Shown piece by piece: positions 47,467 to 57,947 of a stretch of DNA of 64,000 bases; the stretch's first letter is position 1; every line of letters starts with the position of its first letter. The DNA is from Mobula hypostoma (lineage: Eukaryota): assembly GCF_963921235.1 (NCBI RefSeq), contig NC_086097.1, positions 121,212,001 to 121,276,000 of the forward strand, read 5' to 3'. The notes under the pieces were generated by a model that worked only from the letters and a program-made list of their open reading frames with translations, searched no databases and was not told the origin of the DNA. Made by a program: the position numbers and the translations under genes.

Positions 47467-48104
47467 ATCTGTACTAAGGCATTAGCCTTGCTCTGAATGT
47501 CTAGAATAAAAGATTGACCAATTATCTAAGTTTGTTGATGAAATTAATTTCAATGATGTACCACCAAGCATGGAGGGACATTGACAGATTAAGTAATTCG
47601 GCCAAACTATGGTGGGCGGAGTTCAGCATGGGAAATAAGGGGGACAAGGATTTGTTTTTACGAAATGTAGATTAGTAACTACCAATTAACTGTTATAGAT
47701 TTCAGAGATGACACTGGTAGTTACTGGATGGGTACAAAATAAAAATAATTCAGAAGACCAAGAGAATATTGGGTTTTATTTCAAATAAGTTAGAACATGA
47801 ATGGGTGGCTTATATCAGAGTTACATAAAGCTTGGATTAAATTCAACTTAAAGTATTCATATTTGGGCAGTACACCACTTAAAGGATATACTATTCATGA
47901 ATCATTAACTATTTATTTTTAAAAATATTCAGAAGTTCAAAGGTACAATTTAATGTCAGAGAAATGTATACAATATACATCCTGAAATGTTTTTTCTTCA
48001 CAAGTGCTTTCTAAAAAATATTGAAGATAAATGAACTGTTTGCTAAACAAGGTCAGGAAACCTAGAGACTGGATGTCATATGGTGACACCATGAGAATAT
48101 ATCA

Positions 48105-48242
48105 AGGTGGTGTTGCTCTTTTGCTGAGATGTCAACATGAAGCTCTGTGTGCAGGACGAGTAGGATCCAAAAGGTCATCCTCTGGCATAATCCAATGAAG
48201 AGCAAGGGCATCACTCTGGTGTCACGAAATAATTCCATCACA
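48105..48242 (+). mobile_element. DeuSINE (SacSINE/AmnSINE-type Deu domain) relic
   Basis: Degenerate match to the recalled Deu-domain blocks ...GATGAGACGTTAAAC... and ...GAAGAAGAGCAGGG...GGTGTCC. Confidence 0.45.
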
Positions 48243-48699
48243 GAAACAGTGCAGAACGCGCCCTTCTGGCCAGCAATCTACCTACTTAGTCACAGGACAA
48301 TTTATAATGACCAATTAACCTCCCAATTAACTGTCGGAGGAAGCTCACGCGGTCATGAGGATAACACATAAGCTCTTTACAAAGGACACCAGAATTAAAT
48401 TCTGAACTCTGACACTCCATGCGGTAATCGCATTGTGCTAACCGCAATGCTACTGTGGCACCTCAATTTTCTGTTCACTTTCCAAAATTATAGCATTTCA
48501 ACACTTAACACCTTCAAAGCTCAAAATTAATTTATTAGTAAAGCCTGTATATATCACCATATATTACCCTGAGATTCATTTTCTTGCAGACATTCATAGT
48601 AGAACAAATACAACAGAATCAATGAAAAAATTCACACAAAAACAAATAACCAATGAGCAAAAGACGACTTACAATACTGTGTAAATAATAAATAAATGA

Positions 48700-50060
48700 A
48701 TACGAAACAAAACAATAGTGCAAATAATGGTGAACTATATACAATGAGGTATACCTTTGTATGTACAGGTGAACTTGGGTTATAATAGACTAAAATTCAA
48801 GTGTTCATACGGAAGATAGCATACAGAAAGAAACTGTTCTTGTACCTATTTGTCCTGGCGTACAGTGATCTAAAGCACCTACCAGAAGGAAGGAGTTGGA
48901 ACAGGTGATGTCCAGGGTGTGATGGGTCTACAATGATGCTGCTTGCTCGCTTCCTGACTCTAGATGCATATAAGTCCTGGATCGAGGGCAGCTTCACACC
49001 AATAATCCTTTCCGCAGCCCTGACGGTTCTTTGAAGTCTATTCTTGTCTTGTTTGGTAGCTGATCCAGACCAGACAGTCATGGACGAACAGAGAACAGAC
49101 TGGATTATTCCTGAATAGAATTGAATCAGCAGCTCCTGAGGCAGGTTGTACTTCCTGAGTTGACGTAGGAAATACAACCTCTGCTGAGACTTTTTGACAA
49201 GAGCGTCCGCGTTGGGCGTCCACTTCAGGTCCTGGGAGATTGTGACACCCAGAAACCTGAAGGTCTCCACAGCAGACACAATACTGTTGAGTATAGTGCG
49301 TGGGGGGAGTATTGGGGAGCTCCTCCTGAAGTCCACTGTCATCTCCACAGTCTTGAGCGTATTTAGCTCCAGATTGTTCTGACCACACCAGAGGGCCAGC
49401 CGTTCCACCACCCGTCTGTATGCAGACTCATCACCGTCTCGGATAAGGTCAATGATAGTTGTATCGTCTGCAAACTTCAGGAGTTCAACAGCTGGATCCT
49501 GTGAGGTGCAGTCATTAGTGTAAAGGGAGAAGAGCAGTGGGGAGAGTACACATCCCTGGGGGGCACCGGTACTGATTGTCCGGGTGCTAGAAATGATTCT
49601 CCCCAGCCTCACCTGCTGCACCCTGTCAGTCAGGAAGCTTGTGATCCACTGACAGATGGCGGGGGAGACAGTGAGCTGAGTGAGTTTGGAGTGCAGGAAT
49701 TCTGGGACGATGGTGTTGAACGCTGAGCTGAAGTCAACAAACAGGACCCTCACAGAAGTTCCTGGGTTGTCGAGGTGTTGTAGTATGTAATGCAGTCCCA
49801 TGTTGACTGCATCATCCACTGACCTATTTACCCGATAAGCAAACTGCAGGGGGTCCAGCAGGGGGCCTGTGATGTCATTCAGATGAGCTAATACTAGTCT
49901 CTCAAAGGACTTCATGACCACAGATGTCAAGGCAACAGGCCTGTAGTCATTTAGTCCCTTGATAGTGGGTTTCTTAGGGACTGGAATGATAATGGAGTGC
50001 TTGAAGCAATGAGGGACTTCACACAGCTCCAGTGATCTATTGAAGATCCGTGTGTAGATC
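48700..50060 (-). mobile_element. young 5'-truncated Rex1/Babar LINE
   Basis: [70 protein letters not shown]; no stops over 48797-50060. Confidence 0.93.
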
Positions 50061-50137
50061 AGAGATGCTCTTCTGCATACCACTGTTGTAATGTGTGATT
50101 TTTTTGAGTTACTGTCAGCTTGAACCAGCCTGGCCAT
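48797..50137 (-). CDS. chimeric 446-aa ORF: ~25 aa from a Tc1 remnant + uninterrupted Rex1 RT (expression unknown)
   Basis: ATG and MARLVQAD come from the Tc1 element 50061-50483; the rest is RT. Confidence 0.4.
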   Translation of the reverse strand: MARLVQADSNSKKSHITTVVCRRASLIYTRIFNRSLELCEVPHCFKHSIIIPVPKKPTIKGLNDYRPVALTSVVMKSFERLVLAHLNDITGPLLDPLQFAYRVNRSVDDAVNMGLHYILQHLDNPGTSVRVLFVDFSSAFNTIVPEFLHSKLTQLTVSPAICQWITSFLTDRVQQVRLGRIISSTRTISTGAPQGCVLSPLLFSLYTNDCTSQDPAVELLKFADDTTIIDLIRDGDESAYRRVVERLALWCGQNNLELNTLKTVEMTVDFRRSSPILPPRTILNSIVSAVETFRFLGVTISQDLKWTPNADALVKKSQQRLYFLRQLRKYNLPQELLIQFYSGIIQSVLCSSMTVWSGSATKQDKNRLQRTVRAAERIIGVKLPSIQDLYASRVRKRASSIIVDPSHPGHHLFQLLPSGRCFRSLYARTNRYKNSFFLYAIFRMNT

Positions 50138-50483
50138 TCTCCTCTGACCTCTCTCATTAACATGGCATTTTCATCCACAGAACTGCTACTCACTGTTTTT
50201 TTTTTGTTTTTCACAGCATCCTCTGTAAACTCCAGAGACTGTTGTATGTGAAAATCCCAGGATATCAGCAGTTTCTGAGATACTCAAACCACCCCGTCTG
50301 GCATCAACAATCATTCCCTGGTCAAAGTCACTTCGATCACATTTCTTCCCCATTTTGATGTTTGGTCTGAACAACAACTGAACCTCTTGGCCATGTCTGC
50401 ATGCTTTTACACGCTGACTTGCTGCCATATGATTGGCTAATTAGATATTTGCAGTGTGTACCTAAAAAAGTGGCCACTAAGTG
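50061..50483 (-). mobile_element. non-autonomous Tc1 element, 5' half only
   Basis: TIR AAAGTGGCCACTAAGTG|TA at the right; MGKKCDRSDFDQGMIV.ARRGGLSISETADILGFSHTTVS HTH remnant. Confidence 0.88.
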
Positions 50484-50993
50484 TACATCACACATTTTAT
50501 CAGCTGTTTTTTTCTTCCCCTGGCTATACTTTCCCATTTCTATGTTAAGCAAAATATTTAGATTTTTTAAAAAACGAAGCTCAAATCATTTAAAAACAAT
50601 TTAAAAGTTAATTTTATTCATATAATCAAATGTTAAGCACTTTGATTATTAATACCTTATTGTATATGCAGAACAGTTAGTTTATTAGTATATTTCTGGT
50701 CACAACTCATCAAAATATTTATCAAAACACATAACTGTTTGAATATTGGCGACCAGGCTTCTGAATTTCCTGCAAAACACAGGGAATGTTTTTGTGCACT
50801 ATGCAATAAATTTGTATCGAAACTCCATCACCAATGAGATGGTTCCTAAATAATAGGATATGGATGACACGCACATGCACAGATGCAACAGAGTTTGCAG
50901 AGTGACATCACACGACTTGTTTTGGCATCCTGATGTGAAATTGTATCAAGCACACACATCCCATATATAATATGAGCCTTGAGCATTAAGTAT

Positions 50994-52569
50994 CGAGAAC
51001 TGTGCAAAAGTTTTAGGCACCCTAGATTTTTTATATAAACTTTGTTTTAGATGTTTATCTTTTGTCTTCTGCATTAATGTGTCAGTAGAAAAGAGCAAAT
51101 TTTAGATCTTCAAACATTTATATTCCAAAAAATTAGATGTTACAGAGAAATTCTTGTACTTTGTTAAAGAAAGTAATATATTAACTAATCGAGCCCTATT
51201 CAAATAAGAACTTGATTACTTTGTAGGTATATAGCCCAGTGCATGATTAAGCAAAGATAACAAGCATGTGCTAGAGATCAATGGTATATTGAGTTGAATG
51301 AACTAAACTGATTAATTGAAACTGAAACAGGTGTCGAAGGAATCAAATCTGGGCAATGGACAACCAGACTAAAAGGTGAGGGTAAATGTAACAGCTTAAC
51401 CTTTAAATCATCAATTCTTACACCATGGCAAGAATGAGCATAGCAACAAGAAACAAGGTGGTCATCCTGCATCAGCAATGTCTCTCCAAAGCAAAAATTT
51501 CACGGGAGACAGGAGTTTCAAGGCATGCTGTCCAAGCTCCTCTGAAGGAGCACAAAGAAACGGGCAAGGTTGAGGACCATAAATGCAGTGGTCAGCCATG
51601 GAAGCAGACGAGAGATATATTAAACAGATGCCCATTCCAAATCAGAAGAGGTCAAGCACTGCTATTATATCTGAACTCACAGAAACCACTGGAACCCAAG
51701 CACACACCTCTACAATCCAAAAAAGTCTTGACAAAAATGGTCTCTTTTTGGAAGAGTCACCTCAAAAAAGCCATTCTTTGGAAGAGGAAACAAAGACAAG
51801 AGACTCACCCAAACACATAATCAGACTGTGGTACAGAATAGTGCCAGCAAGTGCTCTAGACTGAAGAGTCAAAATCTGACCATTTTGGGCTCAAACAGGA
51901 GGCAATTTGTCTGTAGAAGAGCTGGAGAGTGCTACATGGATGAATGCCTGCAGCCAACAGGGTAGTACAGCAGAGGTTCCCCACATGCTTGAGGTTGCAT
52001 TTCTGCTAATGGGGTTGGTGATCTGCTCAGAATTAATGCAACCCTCAATGCTGAGGAGTACAAGCAGATTCTCAACCACCATGTACTACCATCACGGAGG
52101 TGTCTGGTTGGTTCCAACTTCATTCTGCAGCAGGGCAATGATCCCAAGAACATGGCCAAGGTCATAAAGAGCTATCTTCAGTGAAAAGTAAAACAGAGAG
52201 TTCTGCATCAGATGGTATGACCTCCACAGAGCCTGATCTCAAATTCATCAAGGCTGTCCAGACTTACTTGGAGAGACAGGAGCAAGTGAGACAACCAAAG
52301 TCTGCAGAGGAACTGCGGCAAGTTTTCCAAGATGCATAGAACAGTCAAGCAGACAATTTTCTTAAAGAACTGCATGACAGTCTACCTAACAGAATTGATT
52401 AAGTTTTAAAGGTCACACGAAATATTGATTTTATTTAGTTTTTTTAACTGATTACTGTTCTTTATGGTATATTTTGATATACATCAAACTTTTCATTTCA
52501 TTATTTTTGAAAGTATCTTCACTTTTAGAGGATCTTTTTACGTGTGCCTAAGACATTTGCACAGTACTG
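50994..52569 (+). mobile_element. full-span Tc1 transposon, decayed transposase
   Basis: TIRs ACTGTGCAAAAGTTTTAGGCAC / GTGCCTAAGACATTTGCACAGTACTG|TA. MARMSIATRNKVVILHQ..ISRETGVSRHAVQ HTH, then QQGNDP and PPQS-PDL remnants of the DDE region. Confidence 0.9.
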
Positions 52570-53155
52570 TATCTAATGAGAATAAGGATTAGTTTTATTT
52601 GTCACATGTATGTCGAAACTTCGAATCATACAATGAAATGTGTCACTTGCATCAAACTAAAGCAATGAGGGTTGTGCAGGGGGCACTTGCAAATGTTGCC
52701 ACGGTTTTGGCATCAACTTGGCATGTCCATAACGTAACTTTTCCGATATGGCTTTAGAAATGACTATACACATACATACATATTTCTTATTGTAATTTAT
52801 AGCATACTTTAATTATTGCACCCAAAACAACACATTTTATTGCACCTCAAAACAACACATTTTAATGCACATGTCAGTGATAATAACCTGATCATGATTT
52901 CTGATTTTTTTTCATTCAGCTGAAGAAAAAAGACTTGAAAATCAAATTTATGACCGATGATAACAATCCTGAAGATTTTTATCTGGATTTTATAATGTTT
53001 TCCATTCTTTGACTATTCCATTTTTAATTTTTCCTTGGACAATTGCAGGTAAATTTCCAAATTATATGAAATAAGCTCTGCAGTAGAAATTGTTCCAGAA
53101 TGACATTGGTTTTGAGAAGAGTTTTCTCTTTCTCACTCTGGTTAGACTTACTTCT

Positions 53156-53552
53156 ATACTTTGTGGGTATTTATTGGGTGCACCTGCTCAGTAATGCAAG
53201 TACCTAATCAGCCAATCATGTGGCGGCAGCACAATGCATAAAAGCATGCAGACATAGTCAAGAGGTTCAGTTGTTGTTTAGACCAAACGTCAGCATGGGA
53301 GAAGAAATAAGACCAACATGACATTGACTGCGGAATGACTGTTGGTACCATTCGTTGGTTTGGATTGAGTTTATGATAAACTGTTGATCTCCTGGAATTG
53401 ACACCCACAGCAGTCTCTGGAATTTACAGAGAATGGGGTGAAAAAGACCAAAACATCATTCAATGAGCAGCAGCTCTGTTGGCAAAGAGATTTCATTAAT
53501 GAGAGAGGTCAGAGGAGAATGGCCAGACTGGTTCAAGCAGACAGAAAGGCCA
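53156..53552 (+). mobile_element. non-autonomous Tc1 fragment
   Basis: Colinear with 45686-46060 (CAGCCAATCATGTGGC, GAGAGGTCAGAGGAGAATGGCCAGAC). Confidence 0.8.
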
Positions 53553-54249
53553 TGAAGTTCATTAAAAATTGATATGCGTGGATAATTTTATTATTCCAAG
53601 GAACAAGATTTTGTAAACTGTATATGACACAATTTGCCGTTGAAATTCATCAATTTTCCCTTCGGTTTGGTCAAATTCAAACAATATCATGCTGAAGCGA
53701 AAAGATCACATCACAATGGAAAATCCTCTAACCTTGAAATGATCTTTCTTCTGTTCAGTCTTCATGTAATTTGGCAGAAACTTCAGAAGAGTTTGTGGTC
53801 AAAAGCAAAGAGTAAACTGATTATTTGAAACATGTTTAATGTAGAGTGCGCCGTGCTGAGACGGGACATGTCACTCTTATTTTGCTTACCCTTTTTCTTC
53901 AGCCAGACAGCCGCTAAACAACCGGGACCACCCATATCATGAGACCTTTTGCATTCTTGGTGCTTTTCCATGTTGCAGAAATTTTCAGACATTACGCAGA
54001 GCAGTACAGCACAGGAACAAGCCCTCTGGCTCACAATGTCTGCATCGAACACAATGCCAAATTAAACTATCTCTTCTGCCTGTACATGATCCGCATCCCA
54101 CCAGTCCCTGTATACTCCTGTATTCATCTGAAAGCCTCTTAAATTTCCAGTGCCATATCTTCTCCCACTACTATCCATGGCAGCATATTCCAGGCATTTA
54201 CCCTTCTCTGTGTAAAACTAACTAGAACCAAAATAATTTATTATTTATT

Positions 54250-54515
54250 TTTTTTTATTGAGATACTGTATTGAGTAGGCCCTTCTGGCTCTTCAAACCA
54301 CAGCACCTAGCAACCCCCAATTTAACCCTAGCCTAATCACGGGGCAATTTACAATGACCAGTTAACCTACCAATCCATATGTGGAAGAAAACTAGAGCAC
54401 CCAGAGGAAAGCCACGCAGTCACAGGGACGACATACAAGCTCATTACAGATAGTGGCAGGAACTGAAGCTGGGTGACTGGGTACTGTAAAACATTGTGCT
54501 AACCACTATGCCACT
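54250..54515 (-). mobile_element. V-SINE (HE1-like)
   Basis: GAGCACCCAGAGGAAAGCCACGCAG is the reverse V-domain; GCTAACCACTATGCCAC is the reverse A-box. Confidence 0.65.
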
Positions 54516-55420
54516 GTTCTGCCCTAATACCGAATTGCACTCACCTTCTGAACAAAGATATTTATCTTTACTCACATTGTGGACTCTTGGAGAAAACTTC
54601 CAAATAATTATTAACATTTTGAAGCCTCAGCTGCTTAATAATCTGCTGTCTATATTGATGCAAGTTCTTTCAAGATGTTTATGATACTTTCTCCAATCCA
54701 AGATCTTTTAACTGATCCTTCTTGCTTGTGGCACAAACAACGTTAAAGTCAGCAAGGCTTTAGAGTCAAGGATTCTGCATCCTTCTTGCAGCCCTTATGG
54801 TCGGTCTGAGTACTGAGCCCTCCTATTATCAGTGAATGACAGCACACTGATGACAGTGGAGGAAGAGAGCAACCTGGGATTACAAGTGTACAGTCCATTG
54901 AAAGCAGCCACACAAGTTCACAGGGTGGAAAAAAACATGTTTTGATTGCTAGTTTTTATCAGTCAGAGCATCAAGTTAAAGTTCAAATTCAAGTTTATTT
55001 GTCATTCGACCAAACACATGAATACAGCCAGACAAAAGAGCATTTCTCCGGGGCTAAGGTCCAAATCACTGTGCCAACAGTCACACACAGGATGTAGCAT
55101 ATATAGCTACAACAGCAGAAAAACATACTGTCACAGAAATTATATATCCCCTGTCCCTGTGTGTCATGGCCTGTAGATTGATGGTGCATGGGATGTTGTC
55201 CTGATGCCGCATTTCTGCAAGAACAAGTACACATGCGCTAATGTGACTCATCACACGCTAATGCAACTGCAGACAAACAATGGAATCCAGCTTGTCTTTC
55301 ACCAAGCAAACACTGGAGAGTAGCACTGATGGGAGGGGCCATCCCCTACCCAGCGTGGATTCTTGTTCTCTCCCATAGTGCCTCCGAGGTCTCCTCTACT
55401 GGGCAGATGCAACAGGCTGC

Positions 55421-56500
55421 AACGCGGCATGAGGACCTGGACCAAGGCAAGGCAATTCCATTACCATCAGTCTCTGCAAAGAACCAATGACTGTAATTCC
55501 AAGTCATTTCCAAATTCCTAGACCTAGGGCTCAACACCTCCCTTTGCAACTGGATCCTTGACTTTCTGGCCAAAAGACCACAATCAGGAAGGATAGGCTG
55601 CAAAATCTCTGCTATGATTATCCTCAACACTAATGCCCCACAAGGCTGCAACTTCAGTCACACACTCCACCCTCTGTATATTTCTTCACTCAGAGGCTGG
55701 TGAGATTGTGGAATGAGATTTCAACATTTAAGAGAAATTTTGATAGGTGCAGTATATGGATGGGTGGGCTAAGGGTCTGCGTGCAGGTCTATGAGATTAA
55801 GCAGAATTATAGTTCAGCATGGACTGAGTGGGTCATAAGGCCTGTTTCTGTGCTGTTGTGTTCTATGACTCTTTGACTCTATAACTGCATGGCCAGATTC
55901 TGCCCTAACTCCATTTACAACTTTTTTGACGACACCACTATAATGGGCCGTATCTCAAATAAAAATGAGTCAAAGGTAGGAGATAGAGAGCTTAGTAAAA
56001 TGGTGTCACGACAACAACCTTTCTCTCAATGTCAGCAAAACAATAGAGGTGGTTATTGAATTCCGTGAAGTTTTGGAGCTGCACATGCCCTTATCTACAT
56101 TAAAAGTACCAAAGTCAAGAGACTTGAGAGCTTCAAGTTCCTAGGAGAAACCGTCACTAGAGTCTTTCCTGCTCCAATCTCTTTCATGCCACCACCAAGA
56201 AAGCTCACCAGTGCCTCGACTTCTTCATTAGGCTACAGAAATTTGATTCGCCCTCTTTGACCTTCACCTATTTTTGGAAAATCACCACAGAAAGCATCCT
56301 ATCTGGATTTCTCACAGCTTGGAATGCAATTACTCTGCTAGTGACTGCATGAAAGTGCAGAGAGCTGTGGAGACAGCTCAGCACATCATGGAATCCGGCC
56401 TTCCCCCCATGGACTCAGTCTACACATCTCGCTGCTTCAGTACAGATGGCAGCATAATCACAAAGACCCTATCTACCAGAGGCATTCTCTCTTTTCCCTC
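55421..56500 (+). mobile_element. decayed Rex1-type RT with a short CR1 tail insert (~55680-55880)
   Basis: [33 protein letters not shown] and FKFLG remnants. Confidence 0.7.
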
Positions 56501-56559
56501 CTCCAAAGGTTCAAAGGTTCATTTATTATCAAAGTATCCCATTAAGCAGAAGATACAAA

Positions 56560-57070
56560 AACATAGAACATCGAACAGTACAACACAGGAACAGGCTCTT
56601 TGGCCTATAATATTGTGCTGAACCAGCTAAAAAATAAATCAACACCCCCCCCCTCCCAAAACTCATCCCTCCATCTTCCTCATATTCGTGTGCCTATCTA
56701 AATGTTTCTTAAAAGCCTCTAATGTATTTGCCTCTACCACCACACCAGCCAGCACATTCCAGGCATCTCTGAGTAAAAAAATTTACCCCTCACATCCCCA
56801 TTGAACCTGTCCCCCCTCACTATGCATTCCCTCTGGTATTAGGCATTTCTACCCTGGAAAAAGATACTTCCCGCCTCTCACAATCTTATAACCAGATCTT
56901 CCCCTCAGCCTCCACCGCTCCAGACAAAGGAACCCATGTTTGTCCAGCCTCTCGTGATAGCACATGCCCTCTAAACCAAGCAGCATCCTGGTAAGCCTCT
57001 ATTGCACCCTCCACAAAGCCTCAATATCTTTCCTATCCTGGGATGACCTGAACTGTATGTAATACTGAGC
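56560..57070 (-). mobile_element. decayed CR1 3' end
   Basis: AAACATAGAACAT tail; reverse RKDIEAL.RVQ motif. Confidence 0.7.
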
Positions 57071-57120
57071 CTGAAAGCACTTGCCACAAGGCTCAAGGGC
57101 AGCTTCTATCCCGCTGTTAT

Positions 57121-57360
57121 GGAGTGGCACAATAGCATAATGGTTAGCATGCGGCCAGTTCGATTCCCACCGCTGTCTGTAAGGAGTCTGCATGTTCTCC
57201 CTCTGACCAGGTGGGTTTCCTCCGAGTACTCCGGTTCCTGCCCACAGTTCAAAGACATACAGGTTAGTAGGTTAATTGATCACGTGGGTGGAATTGCGCA
57301 GCACAGGCTCATTGGACCAGAAGGCCTTGTTACTCTGCTGTTTCTCCAAATAAAAACAGA
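57121..57360 (+). mobile_element. V-SINE (HE1-like)
   Basis: GTTCGATTCCC B-box; GTGGGTTTCCTCCGAGTACTCCGGTTCCTGCCCACA V-domain. Confidence 0.75.
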
Positions 57361-57947
57361 AATTAACTAAAATAAAAATAAAATCATTGACTGGTTCCCT
57401 AGTATGATTAGATAGAATTTTAACCTCACAAACTACCTCGTTATGGCCTTGCACTTCACTGTGTAACAACTGCAACACTTCATTCTTCACTCTGTTACTG
57501 TTTAACCTTGGACTAGCTCAATGCACTGTTGTAATAAATTGATATGTATGAATGAAATGCAAGTTCTTCACTGTATTTCCATACATGTAACAATAATAAA
57601 CCAATTTCCCAAAATAATATTCCAAAATTAAATAGATCTCAGTGACCTCTGAGGTGCTGTAGCTTAATGAAGAGGGTCATTTAGTGCCTAGCGCACTGAC
57701 ATCAGTATGTGTAGGAATGGGTCAGTGGGTATAGGGCAGAGTGTGCCCCACAAGGGATAGATCACCAATCATTACTAACTGTACACTCTATGACTTAGAA
57801 ATTAATTGCTTTTATATAGTGATCGCTAATAATTACAAACAGTACATTAAAAAAATAAAGGCAATTCAGGCACAAGCAACATGTACACAGGCGGCTTTCA
57901 AAGTTCAAAGTAAATTTATTATCGAAGTGCATATATGTCACCATATC

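Noticed and set aside
52920..53048. Exon-like segment TTCATTCAG|CTGAAG...TTGCAG|GTAAAT encoding LKKKDLKIKFMTDDNNPEDFYLDF
   Set aside because: All three frames contain a stop between acceptor and donor, so it is not a coding exon as assembled. At most a non-coding or frameshifted exon, and a multi-exon membrane-protein model built on it was dropped.
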